From: an uncultured Oscillospiraceae bacterium
GTDB lineage: Bacteria > Bacillota > Clostridia > Oscillospirales > Ruminococcaceae
Assembly: GCA_964650705.1 (NCBI GenBank)
Contig: CAZYUJ010000008.1
Location: 6,762-70,761 of the forward strand
Direction of reading: 5' to 3'
DNA: 64,000 nt
The first letter of the stretch is position 1; each line of letters opens with the position of its first letter. Made by a program: the position numbers and the translations under genes. Positions 7,909 through 18,757 of the stretch are shown here, piece after piece. The notes under the pieces were generated by a model that saw only the letters and a program-made list of their open reading frames with translations, was not told where the DNA came from and ran no database searches.

Positions 7909-10296
7909 TTATCTAACCTCAGCGCCTGATGCGACCAAAGCCTTGGTCACACGCTTGATAGCACCGTCAGCCTGTTCGTCGGTAAGTGTACCGTCGTGTG
8001 AGCGCATAACGATCGAGAAGGACACGCTCTTCTTGCCGGATTCGATCTGTGAGCCCTTGTAAACGTCGAAGAGTTTGACGGATTCGAGAGTGTTGCCGAC
8101 AGCCTTCTTGATGATCTTTTCAAGAACTGCAACAGGTGTTTCATCATCACAGATAAACGAGATATCACGGGTGGATGCAGGATATTTGGGCAAGGGCTTA
8201 TACTGCTTTTCAGGGATATTGATATCCAAAAGCTCGGTTACGTTGAGCTTTGCAACATATGCACGAGTGCCGATATCATAGTTTTCCAAAACATTGGGGT
8301 GAAGCTCACCGAAGATCGCAACGGGCTTATCACCGATCTTTGCAACCGCAACACGGCCGGGATGGAACGCAGAAACTTCATCAAAGCTGTTTTCAGCGTT
8401 AGCTGCTTCAACGTCATATTCTGTGATGCCGAGAGTTTTAAAGATCTCTTCCATTGCACCCTTTATGGAGAAGAAGTCACAGCCGTTGCCGTACATACCC
8501 AAAACAAGGCGTGTGGGTTCAATGGGGAGCTTTCCGTCCTCAGTGGGGATATACTCGGTTGCGAGCTCGAAGAGGCCGCAAGCGGGGTTTCTCAGATTAT
8601 AGTTTCTTGCCAAAACATCACACATCGAAGGGATGACGGTCGTTCTCATAGAAGACGTATCCTCGCCCAAGGGGTTTGTGATCGTGACATAGCTTCTTAA
8701 GCCGCTGTCTGCGCTCAAGCAGATCTTGTCATAGCACTTGGGAGAAACAAACGAGAAGGTTGCGATCTGGTTAAGTCCCAAAGCGACACAAGCGTTTTCG
8801 ATAGTGCGGTCAAGCTTCTGCTCAGGGGTTCGCTTTGCGTTTGCGACGCCGGTCAAATGAGTGCCGACGATGTTGTTGTATCCATAGAAGCGTGCAACCT
8901 CTTCAGCGATGTCAGCCTTAGATTCGATATCGATTCTGAATGAGGGAGAATAGATGACATCGTCCTTGATCTCAAAGCCGACCTTTTCAAGATATCCAAC
9001 CATGTCGTCTGTGGGGATATCAGTTCCAAGGAAGTTATTGATCCACTCGGGATCGAAATCAACGGTCACGGGAGTTTTATCGGAATAGTCGCGGTCAATA
9101 ATGGTGTTGACGGGTTCGCCGCAACCCAACATCTCACAAAGTTCGAATGCACGCAAAAGCGCGGGCATACAGCCGCTTGCATCAAGACCCTTTTCGAAGC
9201 GAGAGGAAGCATCAGTTCTCATGCCGAGCTTCTTTGCGGTTCTTCTGACAGAAGCGCCGTCGAAGCAAGCTGATTCAAAGATCACGTCAACTGTGTCATC
9301 CATGATACCCGAATACTCGCCGCCCATGACACCTGCTACAGCAACGGGCTTTTCAGCGTCAGCGATAACGAGCATTTCTTCGGAAAGAGCACGCTCTGTG
9401 CCGTCGAGAGTAGTAATAGACTCTCCTGCACACGCATTTCTTACGACGATCTTTCCGCCTGTGACGTATCTGACGTCGAATGCGTGCATAGGCTGACCGT
9501 ATTCGAGCATTACATAGTTGGTGATGTCAACAAGATTGTTGATGGGGCGAACGCCTGATGCGCGAAGTCTCTCACGGAGCCAACGAGGAGAGGGACCGAT
9601 CTTTACGTTCTTGACCAAGCCGCCGATGTAGCGGTGACAAAGGTCGGTATTTTCAATGGTAACGTCCAAATACTTGGTGATATCGTCTTCAACGCCCTTA
9701 TATTCGGGAGTCTTAACGTTCAAGGGAAGATTGAATGTCGCTGCGACCTCACGAGCAAGACCGATTACAGAAAGGCAATCAGCACGGTTTGAGGTGATCT
9801 CGAATTCAACAGAAGTGTCGTTAAGACCGAGTGCATCGTGGATATCATCACCGGGCTTGCAGTCTTCTTCGATGATGAGGATTCCGTCCTCGATAGCATA
9901 AGGGAAATCGTGAGTGGTAACGCCAAGCTCAGCAACAGAGCAGAACATGCCCTCTGATACGACGCCGCGGAGCTTGCCCTTTTTGATCTTGATGCCGCCC
10001 GAGAGAGTCGAGCCGTCAAGGGCAACGGGAACGAGTGCGCCCTCAAAGACATTTGTTGCTGCAGTTACGATCTGAACATCCTTATCGCCGACGTTGACCT
10101 GACAAACAACGAGCTTGTCAGCATCAGGGTGGCGTTCGATCTTTAATATCTTTCCTACGACGGTGTTTGTAACATAGTCTGCTTCGACCTCGTAGCCCTC
10201 AACCTTGGAGCCTGTCATGGTCATATCGTAGCAGAACTTTTTTATAGGCTCATCGACAGTTACGTAATCGGAAAGCCATTTCATAGATAGATTCAT
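7909..10296 (-). CDS. pheT: Phenylalanine--tRNA ligase beta subunit
   Basis: 795 aa with the full PheT architecture (tRNA-binding N-domain, B3/4, B5, FDX-ACB C-terminus). Lies immediately downstream of pheS. Confidence 0.97.
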   Translation of the reverse strand: MNLSMKWLSDYVTVDEPIKKFCYDMTMTGSKVEGYEVEADYVTNTVVGKILKIERHPDADKLVVCQVNVGDKDVQIVTAATNVFEGALVPVALDGSTLSGGIKIKKGKLRGVVSEGMFCSVAELGVTTHDFPYAIEDGILIIEEDCKPGDDIHDALGLNDTSVEFEITSNRADCLSVIGLAREVAATFNLPLNVKTPEYKGVEDDITKYLDVTIENTDLCHRYIGGLVKNVKIGPSPRWLRERLRASGVRPINNLVDITNYVMLEYGQPMHAFDVRYVTGGKIVVRNACAGESITTLDGTERALSEEMLVIADAEKPVAVAGVMGGEYSGIMDDTVDVIFESACFDGASVRRTAKKLGMRTDASSRFEKGLDASGCMPALLRAFELCEMLGCGEPVNTIIDRDYSDKTPVTVDFDPEWINNFLGTDIPTDDMVGYLEKVGFEIKDDVIYSPSFRIDIESKADIAEEVARFYGYNNIVGTHLTGVANAKRTPEQKLDRTIENACVALGLNQIATFSFVSPKCYDKICLSADSGLRSYVTITNPLGEDTSSMRTTVIPSMCDVLARNYNLRNPACGLFELATEYIPTEDGKLPIEPTRLVLGMYGNGCDFFSIKGAMEEIFKTLGITEYDVEAANAENSFDEVSAFHPGRVAVAKIGDKPVAIFGELHPNVLENYDIGTRAYVAKLNVTELLDINIPEKQYKPLPKYPASTRDISFICDDETPVAVLEKIIKKAVGNTLESVKLFDVYKGSQIESGKKSVSFSIVMRSHDGTLTDEQADGAIKRVTKALVASGAEVR

Positions 10297-10311
10297 AACA
10301 TTACCTCCTTT

Positions 10312-11331
10312 TTAGAATTGGTCTAGGAATCTAAGGTCGTTTTCATAGAGAAGTCTTAAGTCGTTGATGCCGTATTTACGCATTACAACTCTTTCAAGAC
10401 CCAAGCCGAAAGCAAAACCGGAATATTCGTTGGGGTCGATTCCACAGTTTTCTAATACCTTGGGGTGAACCATTCCTGCGCCCAAAAGCTCAACATAGCC
10501 TTCGTTTTTGCACATCGAACAGCCCTTACCGCCACAGTTGAAGCACAAAACGTCAACTTCGGCAGAGGGTTCTGTGAACGGGAAATGATGAGGACGCAAA
10601 CGGATCTTGCAATCCTCGCCATAGAGGCGCTTCATGAGCATATCAAGTGTTCCGACAAGGTTTGCCATTGTGATACCCTTGTCAACGACCAAGCCTTCGA
10701 TCTGGTGGAACAAAGGAAGGTGTGTAGCATCAACAGCATCGGAACGGAAAACTCGTCCGGGAGAGATAACACGGATCGGGGGCTTTTTGTTCTCCATAAC
10801 GTGGATCTGAACGGAAGAAGTCTGAGTTCTCAAAAGAATGTTATCGGTGATGTAGAAGGTATCCTGTGTGTCACGGGCAGGATGATCCGCAGGGATATTG
10901 AGTGCTTCGAAGTTATAATAATCATATTCAACTTCGGGGCCTTCTGCGATATCAAAGCCCATGCCCAAGAAGATCTCTTCGATCTCGTTCATAACTGCAT
11001 TCAAGGGGTGAAGCTTTCCGACAGTCTGGAGCTTGCCGGGAAGGGTCACGTCAAGGCGTTCCTCTTTGAGTTTCTTTTCAGCAAGTGCAGACTTAAGCTC
11101 TTTTCCTCTTGCCTGAATTGCCTCTTCGATGTCAGCTCTTATCTTGTTTGCAAGCTGACCGATGATGGGGCGCTCTTCTGCAGAAAGGGTTGCCATCTGC
11201 TTTAAGATAGCTGTGAGTTCGCCTTTTTTGCCGAGGTACTTGATTCGAAGGTCATCAAGCTCCTTGGCATCTGAAATCTTTTCAAGCTCAGCTTTCGCCG
11301 CAAGCTCGATTTTTTCAAGTTGCTCTTTCAT
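10312..11331 (-). CDS. pheS: Phenylalanine--tRNA ligase alpha subunit
   Basis: 339 aa with class II aaRS motifs (HPARDTQDTFY, FRSDAVDATHLPLFHQIEG, GAGMVHP). Confidence 0.97.
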   Translation of the reverse strand: MKEQLEKIELAAKAELEKISDAKELDDLRIKYLGKKGELTAILKQMATLSAEERPIIGQLANKIRADIEEAIQARGKELKSALAEKKLKEERLDVTLPGKLQTVGKLHPLNAVMNEIEEIFLGMGFDIAEGPEVEYDYYNFEALNIPADHPARDTQDTFYITDNILLRTQTSSVQIHVMENKKPPIRVISPGRVFRSDAVDATHLPLFHQIEGLVVDKGITMANLVGTLDMLMKRLYGEDCKIRLRPHHFPFTEPSAEVDVLCFNCGGKGCSMCKNEGYVELLGAGMVHPKVLENCGIDPNEYSGFAFGLGLERVVMRKYGINDLRLLYENDLRFLDQF

Positions 11332-11376
11332 TTTAATTTTCCTTTCATATATATTGATTATTATTTACTTAACTTG

Positions 11377-11465
11377 GCTGAGGGAGTGCAAGAGCGAGGC
11401 GTGGAAGCGCGCCCGCGAACGGAGTGAGCGGAGTGCGGTTTAGTGCCGAGCGCGGCGCCGGTGGG
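11377..11465 (+). repeat. GC-rich G-skewed intergenic element, copy R2 (inside the pheST leader)
   Basis: Lies between the T-box terminator and the pheS RBS. Homologous over about 70 nt to the first half of R9 (AGCGAGGCGTGGAAGCGCG...GTGCCGAGCG). Confidence 0.7.
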
Positions 11466-11467
11466 AA

Positions 11468-11710
11468 AATAAAAAAACGCCATGCCCCAATCGGGACAAG
11501 ACGCTATCTTGCTATACCACCCATTGTCAGAAGCCAACACTTCTCCCCGTTCATAACGCTTCGGATGCGTTTTTGCCTACAACAAAAAGCTTCAGCAAAA
11601 CCACTCGTGAGTGAACTTCAGATATCCTTAGAATAATGAGCTCACAGCTTTTGCTCATCTCTCTGAAAGCTTCGGATAACTTACTCTCTCAGTCATCGTG
11701 TTTAAATATC
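11468..11710 (-). ncRNA. T-box riboswitch leader, Phe specifier (UUC), controlling pheST
   Basis: Minus strand shows stem I AGAGAG, a specifier context GAAGUUCAC (UUC = plus-strand 11613-11615) and the T-box sequence AAUGGGUGGUAUAGCAAG. A terminator GCGUCUUGUCCCGAUUGGGGCAUGGCGUUUUUUU follows. Confidence 0.85.
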
Positions 11711-11716
11711 CTATTA

Positions 11717-11745
11717 AATATAGCATATTTAGATTATAATTTCAA
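11717..11745 (-). promoter_or_regulatory. Candidate promoter of the pheST T-box leader (TTGAAA-N17-TATATT)
   Basis: On the minus strand, -35 is at 11740-11745 and -10 at 11717-11722 with a 17-nt spacer. Confidence 0.4.
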
Positions 11746-12428
11746 CTGTTTTTTGCAAAAAAGTTCAATATTTCGCACGGATGATCGATTACGTAATCCG
11801 CAGATGCTGATTCCAAGCACTCACGGGAGCGAAAACCCCAAGTGCAACCGATGCATTTGATACCCGCATTATGAGCGGTAATCACATCAACATCGGAATC
11901 TCCGATATGTATGCAGTTTTCTTTTTCCAAGCCAAAGCTGTTGATGATATTGTTCTCAACCGTCGGATCCGGCTTTTTGGGAAAGCCGTCACGAGCACCA
12001 ATGATGACATCGAACAGATCCTCACCGAAAAGCTTTGTAACGATCGCTTTTGTGAAAGCATCCGGTTTGTTAGAGTATACGCAGAGCTTCACTCCCCTGC
12101 TCTTAAGATCATTCAAGGTTTCAGTGATCCCGTCATATGCTGACGAAGTGTCAGCATAGTGATTTGAATAATGCTCTGTGAAGATAGCGTGTGACTGATG
12201 CAAAACGTCGTGGTCATTACGTAAATTCTCAGGAAGCGAGCGGTTGATGAGTAAAAGTGTGCCGTCACCGACAAAGCTCGTATATTCCTCTATTGTGTGA
12301 GTAGGCAGATCAAGCTTTTTCATAGCAAAATCGACGCTTGCGGCAAGGTCGCTGATGGTGTTTACCAATGTACCGTCAAGGTCGAATATGCAAAGCTTTA
12401 TATCAGCCAAGGAAGACGTGTTCGACAA
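11742..12428 (-). CDS. HAD-superfamily hydrolase (phosphoglycolate phosphatase-like)
   Basis: 228 aa with the DxD motif FDLDGTLVNT and a C-terminal GDSDVD motif. Overlaps the mntP 3' end by 26 nt. Confidence 0.85.
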   Translation of the reverse strand: MSNTSSLADIKLCIFDLDGTLVNTISDLAASVDFAMKKLDLPTHTIEEYTSFVGDGTLLLINRSLPENLRNDHDVLHQSHAIFTEHYSNHYADTSSAYDGITETLNDLKSRGVKLCVYSNKPDAFTKAIVTKLFGEDLFDVIIGARDGFPKKPDPTVENNIINSFGLEKENCIHIGDSDVDVITAHNAGIKCIGCTWGFRSRECLESASADYVIDHPCEILNFFAKNS

Positions 12429-12978
12429 AGATTTTCACTCCGATTGCGATGAGAATAAGACCGCCGGCGGTCTGTGCCTTGTTGTTCAAAATGTCGCCAA
12501 ACCTTTTCCCGATAAACACACCGACAAAACAGAACGCGAATGTGCAAACGGTTATGATCGAGGCGGCGCAAAGCGCAAGAACCATTGAGTCCATTACGGC
12601 GGCAAATGAAACTCCGACCGCAAGGGCGTCGATGCTCGTTGCAACGCCCTGTAACAAAAGTGCGCCGACAGTCAGCCTTGTGCCGTCAAGCTCACAGGCT
12701 TTATCCTTTTTTAAGCCGTCAAAAAGCATTTTTCCGCCGATGAATCCCAAAAGCACGAGCGCAATATAATGATCAAACCGAGTGATATATTGAGTAAAGG
12801 TGCTTCCGAGGAAATAGCCGATCGTGGGCATCAAGCCTTGGAATATTCCAAAGCAAGCAGCTATCGAAAAAGTCCATATTAAGTTAACATTCTTTTTTGT
12901 CATTCCGTTTGTGACGGATACTGCGAAAGCATCCATAGAAAGTCCGACTGAGAGAATAAAAACTTCGATTATTGACAT
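12403..12978 (-). CDS. mntP: Manganese efflux pump MntP
   Basis: 191 aa, six-TM protein with the duplicated DAFAV/DALAVG motif typical of MntP (DUF204). Confidence 0.9.
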   Translation of the reverse strand: MSIIEVFILSVGLSMDAFAVSVTNGMTKKNVNLIWTFSIAACFGIFQGLMPTIGYFLGSTFTQYITRFDHYIALVLLGFIGGKMLFDGLKKDKACELDGTRLTVGALLLQGVATSIDALAVGVSFAAVMDSMVLALCAASIITVCTFAFCFVGVFIGKRFGDILNNKAQTAGGLILIAIGVKIFVEHVFLG

Positions 12979-13007
12979 TAAATAAATGCGCCCCGATCAA
13001 TATATAA

Positions 13008-14162
<1,155 letters not shown>

Positions 14163-14516
14163 TTATTTATAAAATACTACATTCCCAAAGAACCAGCCGA
14201 CGATCTTGAAAAGCAGTTCCGTGAAGGAAAGATAGAGTCCAAAAAGTGCCATTATTATCGTAGGCACGACATATATCCACATTTTCCACTTTAACGCTTT
14301 CCAATACTCGATGGCACGGAAATATACAACTATCCAATAGATGAATAACGGGCCGGTCGCCAAAATGAAGAACTTGCTGCTGAAGCCCAAGAAAAGCGGA
14401 AGCGTTATGAGCAAAAGAGCATATAGACGCTTCATTTCTTTTTCGGGACGGTATTTTGCATCAAACGGATTGTCAGCGAATTTTGCAAGTGCGCTGAGGT
14501 CGGATTTAAGTCCCAT
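14163..14516 (-). CDS. Small hypothetical membrane protein
   Basis: 117 aa from the ATG at 14516, with about 3 TM helices. The longer ORF-track start (14630) reads through GC-rich element R3 and is unlikely. Confidence 0.6.
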   Translation of the reverse strand: MGLKSDLSALAKFADNPFDAKYRPEKEMKRLYALLLITLPLFLGFSSKFFILATGPLFIYWIVVYFRAIEYWKALKWKMWIYVVPTIIMALFGLYLSFTELLFKIVGWFFGNVVFYK

Positions 14517-14550
14517 ATAGTGTGTTCCTTTCTTATGTAAATTATCAGAT

Positions 14551-14626
14551 GACTGAGCGGCGATGTCGGACGCGATGCGCGCCCGAAGGGCGCAGGTCGC
14601 GGGCGGCGGAGCCGCGGGGTGTGGCA
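14551..14626 (+). repeat. GC-rich G-skewed intergenic element, copy R3
   Basis: Abuts the queA stop codon (14627-14629). Contains the hairpin CGCGA-TGC-GCGCCC-GAA-GGGCGC-AGG-TCGCG and the 16-mer GGCGGCGGAGCCGCGG shared with R8. Confidence 0.7.
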
Positions 14627-15670
14627 TCAAATGAAAATGCAGCTATCGCCAAAGCTGAAGAAGCGATATTTCTCCTCAACGGCTGTGCGATAAACATTCA
14701 TTGTATTCTCATATCCTGCGAAAGCGGAAACAAGCATGATGAGTGTGCTTTGAGGAAGATGGAAGTTTGTGATCAAGCCATCCAGAACCTTGAATTTATA
14801 TCCGGGATAGATAAAGATATCGGTGTTGCCTTCTGAGGCTTCGATCTTTCCTCTGAAGGTGGCGACACTTTCAAGAGTTCGGCAGGATGTCGTTCCGACC
14901 GCAATGACTCTTCCGCCGTTCGACTTTGTCTGATTTATAATGTCGGCGGTTTCCTGAGAGATCTCATAGTGCTCAGAATGCATTTTATGATCCAATACAT
15001 TATCCTCTTTAACAGGGCGGAAGGTTCCAAGACCGACGTGAAGGGTAACTCGTGCGATGTTGACTCCCCTATTCTTTAAATCCTCAAGCTGTTCTTGTGT
15101 GAAATGAAGACCTGCTGTCGGTGCGGCGGCAGAGCCCGTCTCTCGTGAATATACTGTCTGATAGCGTTCCTTATCCTCCAGCTTTTTGGTGATATAGGGA
15201 GGAAGCGGCATCTGACCGATCTCATCAAGAACGGAATAGATAGAGCCCTCACAGTTGAATTTTGCGACACGGTTTCCGTCCTCCAAGACATCAACGATCT
15301 CGGCAATAAGCTTGCCCTTGCCGAAGCTGAACTTTGTTCCGATCTTGGCTTTTTTTCCGGGACGGCACAATATCTCCCACACCATATTTTCACGCTGTTC
15401 CAAAAGCAAGAATTCGATAAAGCTGCCGTTATCTAACTTTTCACCATAGATTCTTGCGGGCAAAACACGGGAGTCGTTTATAACCAACGTGTCACCTTTT
15501 TTTAAGTAGTCGCATAGATTATAGAAGTGATCGTGCGTGATATCGCCGGTCTCGCGGTCACAAACGAGCAAACGAGAAGAGTTTCTGGGTTCGAGCGGAG
15601 TCTGGGCGATAAGCTCTTCGGGAAGATAGTAATCAAAGTCGGAAGTCTTTAAATTGTTTAAATCGAGCAT
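14627..15670 (-). CDS. queA: S-adenosylmethionine:tRNA ribosyltransferase-isomerase
   Basis: 347 aa with a QueA-type N-terminus ([19 protein letters not shown]) and full-length similarity. Confidence 0.97.
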   Translation of the reverse strand: MLDLNNLKTSDFDYYLPEELIAQTPLEPRNSSRLLVCDRETGDITHDHFYNLCDYLKKGDTLVINDSRVLPARIYGEKLDNGSFIEFLLLEQRENMVWEILCRPGKKAKIGTKFSFGKGKLIAEIVDVLEDGNRVAKFNCEGSIYSVLDEIGQMPLPPYITKKLEDKERYQTVYSRETGSAAAPTAGLHFTQEQLEDLKNRGVNIARVTLHVGLGTFRPVKEDNVLDHKMHSEHYEISQETADIINQTKSNGGRVIAVGTTSCRTLESVATFRGKIEASEGNTDIFIYPGYKFKVLDGLITNFHLPQSTLIMLVSAFAGYENTMNVYRTAVEEKYRFFSFGDSCIFI

Positions 15671-15886
15671 TTATATGTTAACCTCGTTCTATTTTCGCTT
15701 TAAACGGTTGAAACAGTTTAGCATATTAAACAGTTGACACGATTTGAAAGCGGTGATATTATTAAAGTAGTACTTAAACTGCAAAAATGCATTATTTATT
15801 ATTATAGTGCATCGGCGAAAATTTTTCAACCCTTATTAGGCATTTAAGTATTTATTAGTTACAATTCGCAGCTTGGAGGAATTATT

Positions 15887-16966
15887 ATGAAAACATATAA
15901 CGTTGGTATCATCGGCGCAACCGGTATGGTTGGTCAAAGATTTATTTTGCTTTTGGCGAACCATCCTTGGTTTAAGATCAAGGTTTTGGCGGCATCCCCT
16001 CGTTCAGCAGGTAAAGCTTATAAGGATGCAGTCGGCGCAAAGTGGTCGATGACATCGCCTATTCCCGAGAATGTTGAGAATATAGTCGTTAAGGACGCTA
16101 CTGCTGACAAGGAAGAGATCGCAAAGTCGGTTGACTTCGTATTCTGTGCAGTTGATATGAAGAAGGATGAGATCAAGGCATTGGAAGAAGCGTATGCAAA
16201 GCTTGAATGCCCCGTTGTATCCAACAACTCGGCAAACCGCTTCACTCCCGACGTTCCCATGGTAGTTCCGGAGATCAACCCCGAACATATCGAGGTTATT
16301 GATGCACAGAGAAAGCGTCTTGGTACAAAGCGAGGATTCATTGCGGTTAAGTCCAACTGCTCGATCCAAAGCTATGTTCCTGCTTTGCATCCTTTGAAGA
16401 AATATGGAATTAAAAATGTTTTAGCTTGTACATATCAGGCAATTTCGGGCGCAGGAAAGACCTTTGAGACATGGCCCGAAATGGTTGACAACCTTATCCC
16501 CTTCATCGGCGGTGAGGAGGAAAAGTCCGAAAAAGAACCTCTTAAGGTTTGGGGTGAGGTCAAGGACGGCGTTATTGAAGTCGCTTCCACTCCCTCTATC
16601 ACAACTCAGTGCCTAAGAGTCCCGGTTTCCGACGGCCACACTGCTGCAGTATTCGTGAGCTTCGAGAATAAGCCCTCAAAGGAAGAGATACTTGCAGCTT
16701 GGAAGGAATTCTCCGGCGTTCCTCAGGAGTTGGAGCTTCCCTCCGCTCCCAAGCAGTTCTTGAACTATTTCGAAGAGGACAATCGCCCTCAGGCTAAGCT
16801 TGACAGAAACTTAGAGAACGGCATGGCTATATCTATCGGCAGACTCAGAGAGGACACTCAATATGACTATAAGTTTGTTTGTCTCTCACACAACACATTA
16901 AGAGGTGCCGCAGGCGGCGGTGTTTTAATGGCTGAGCTTTTGGCGGCGAAGGGATATTTCGACTGA
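15887..16966 (+). CDS. asd: Aspartate-semialdehyde dehydrogenase
   Basis: 359 aa with the NAD(P) motif GATGMVGQRF and the active-site context SNCSIQ. SD GGAGGA lies upstream. Confidence 0.95.
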   Translation: MKTYNVGIIGATGMVGQRFILLLANHPWFKIKVLAASPRSAGKAYKDAVGAKWSMTSPIPENVENIVVKDATADKEEIAKSVDFVFCAVDMKKDEIKALEEAYAKLECPVVSNNSANRFTPDVPMVVPEINPEHIEVIDAQRKRLGTKRGFIAVKSNCSIQSYVPALHPLKKYGIKNVLACTYQAISGAGKTFETWPEMVDNLIPFIGGEEEKSEKEPLKVWGEVKDGVIEVASTPSITTQCLRVPVSDGHTAAVFVSFENKPSKEEILAAWKEFSGVPQELELPSAPKQFLNYFEEDNRPQAKLDRNLENGMAISIGRLREDTQYDYKFVCLSHNTLRGAAGGGVLMAELLAAKGYFD

Positions 16967-17024
16967 TAAAGAATTTGACGCACACACCAAATAAACCGAT
17001 TTATGCAGGAAAGGATGGTCTTGT

Positions 17025-17915
17025 ATGAAAAAGCTTATTTTTGAAGGCGCAGCAGTTGCTATCGTCACACCTTTCAAGGAAGACGGCAGTTTAAATTTAG
17101 AAAAATACGGCGAACTGATCGACTGGCAGATCGCAAGAGGAACCGACTGCATTGTTGCAGTTGGCACAACGGGTGAAAACGCAACTCTTTCGGGTGATGA
17201 ACACAGAGCCTTGATGAGATATTGCGTTCAAAGAGTTAATCACCGTGTGCCGGTTATTTGCTCGACAGGCTCGAACGATACAGCGTATGGCGCCGAAACC
17301 ACGAAGGCAGCAGAAGAAGCGGGCGCTGACGGTCTGCTGTTGGTTACACCCTATTATAACAAGACCTCGCAAAGAGGACTTATCAAGCATTATGAAAAGC
17401 TGTTAGAGGGTGTGAGCATCCCTGCTATCGTTTATAACGTTCCTTCGAGAACGGGAATGAACATCGACATCTCTACATATAAAGAGCTCGCAAAGAACCC
17501 TCAGATCGTCGGTGTCAAGGAAGCAAGCGGAAATATCTCACAGGTCGCAAAGATCATTTCCGAGTGCGGCGATGATATGCCTGTATATTCGGGAAACGAC
17601 GATCAGATAGTTCCTTTGATGTCTTTGGGCGGCAAGGGTGTTATCTCGGTTATGTCGAATATTTTGCCGTATGAGACACATATGATCTGTAAGCGTTGCT
17701 TGGAAGAGGATTATAGATCGGCAAGAGAATTGGCGATCAAGTATATGGACATTGCTAACAAGCTGTTTGTTGATGTTAACCCTGTTCCCGTCAAGGCGGC
17801 GATGAACATGATGGGTCTTGATGTCGGCGGATGCAGATTGCCTTTGGGTGAGCTCTCAAAGGCTGATGAAGTTATCTTGGAAGAGGCACTTATCAAGATC
17901 GGACTTATAAAATAA
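17025..17915 (+). CDS. dapA: 4-hydroxy-tetrahydrodipicolinate synthase
   Basis: 296 aa with DapA motifs (GTTGE, YNVPSRTG, and the Schiff-base Lys in GVKEASG). Confidence 0.95.
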   Translation: MKKLIFEGAAVAIVTPFKEDGSLNLEKYGELIDWQIARGTDCIVAVGTTGENATLSGDEHRALMRYCVQRVNHRVPVICSTGSNDTAYGAETTKAAEEAGADGLLLVTPYYNKTSQRGLIKHYEKLLEGVSIPAIVYNVPSRTGMNIDISTYKELAKNPQIVGVKEASGNISQVAKIISECGDDMPVYSGNDDQIVPLMSLGGKGVISVMSNILPYETHMICKRCLEEDYRSARELAIKYMDIANKLFVDVNPVPVKAAMNMMGLDVGGCRLPLGELSKADEVILEEALIKIGLIK

Positions 17916-17936
17916 ACACAAAAAAGATGTGAAAGA

Positions 17937-18698
17937 GTGAATATAATGGTTAAGGTTGTTATCAGCGGATGCTGTGGAAAAATGGGCAGAGTTGTAAAAG
18001 AGGTCATTTGTGCAAGAAAAGACTGCGAAGTCATTGCAGGTATCGATAAAATATCTGTAAAGGACCTTGGCTTTACAGTTTACAGCAAGCCTTCTGAGCT
18101 TGAGATCAAGCCCGATGTCATTGTGGATTTCTCTCACCCGTCGGCGCTTGATGATCTGCTTGAATATGCGTTGACAAACGGTTGTGCTTTGGTTTTGGCA
18201 TCAACAGGATATGACGCTGAACAGGTCGCAAGGATAAAATCAAACGCTGAGCACATCCCTATTTTCTTCACGGCGAACATGTCATTGGGAATCAACCTTT
18301 TAAGTGAGCTTGCAAAAAAAGCAGTTGCAGTTTTGGGCGGACAGTATGATGTCGAGATCGTTGAAAGGCACCATAATCAAAAAATAGACGCTCCCAGCGG
18401 CACGGCACTTATGCTTGCTGACGCCATCAATGAAGCGAGCGATAACGCTTATAACTATGTATATGACCGCCATAGCGTCAGACAGAAGCGTGACAAAGCC
18501 GAGATCGGTATTCATTCAATAAGAGGCGGAACCATCGTCGGCGACCACGATATAATTTTCGCAGGACGTGATGAAGTCATCACGCTTTCACATAGCGCAG
18601 CATCGAAAGAGGTGTTCGCTGTCGGCGCTGTTAATGCGGCGGTTTTCATGGCAGAGATGCCTGCAGGACTATATTCAATGGCAGATCTTATAAAATAA
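17937..18698 (+). CDS. dapB: 4-hydroxy-tetrahydrodipicolinate reductase
   Basis: 253 aa with DapB motifs (GCCGKMG, ERHHNQKIDAPSGTA). The start is either GTG at 17937 or ATG at 17946. Confidence 0.95.
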   Translation: MNIMVKVVISGCCGKMGRVVKEVICARKDCEVIAGIDKISVKDLGFTVYSKPSELEIKPDVIVDFSHPSALDDLLEYALTNGCALVLASTGYDAEQVARIKSNAEHIPIFFTANMSLGINLLSELAKKAVAVLGGQYDVEIVERHHNQKIDAPSGTALMLADAINEASDNAYNYVYDRHSVRQKRDKAEIGIHSIRGGTIVGDHDIIFAGRDEVITLSHSAASKEVFAVGAVNAAVFMAEMPAGLYSMADLIK

Positions 18699-18715
18699 AT
18701 TGAATACATAAAAAT

Positions 18716-18745
18716 AAAAGCTCCCCATTTCGGGGAGCTTTTTAG
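18716..18745. terminator. Bidirectional terminator between dapB and surface-protein gene P1
   Basis: AAAAGCTCCCC-ATTT-CGGGGAGCTTTTT. Confidence 0.8.
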
Positions 18746-18757
18746 TTTGGTTAGAAA

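Noticed and set aside
12979-13007. yybP-ykoY manganese riboswitch upstream of mntP
   Set aside because: Only 29 nt separate mntP from the tgt stop codon, which leaves no room for an aptamer. mntP is probably co-transcribed with tgt.
15671-15886. Possible lysine (L-box) riboswitch upstream of asd-dapA-dapB
   Set aside because: I found no L-box conserved blocks or extended helices. The region is AT-rich and holds only a plausible TTGACA/extended -10 promoter.
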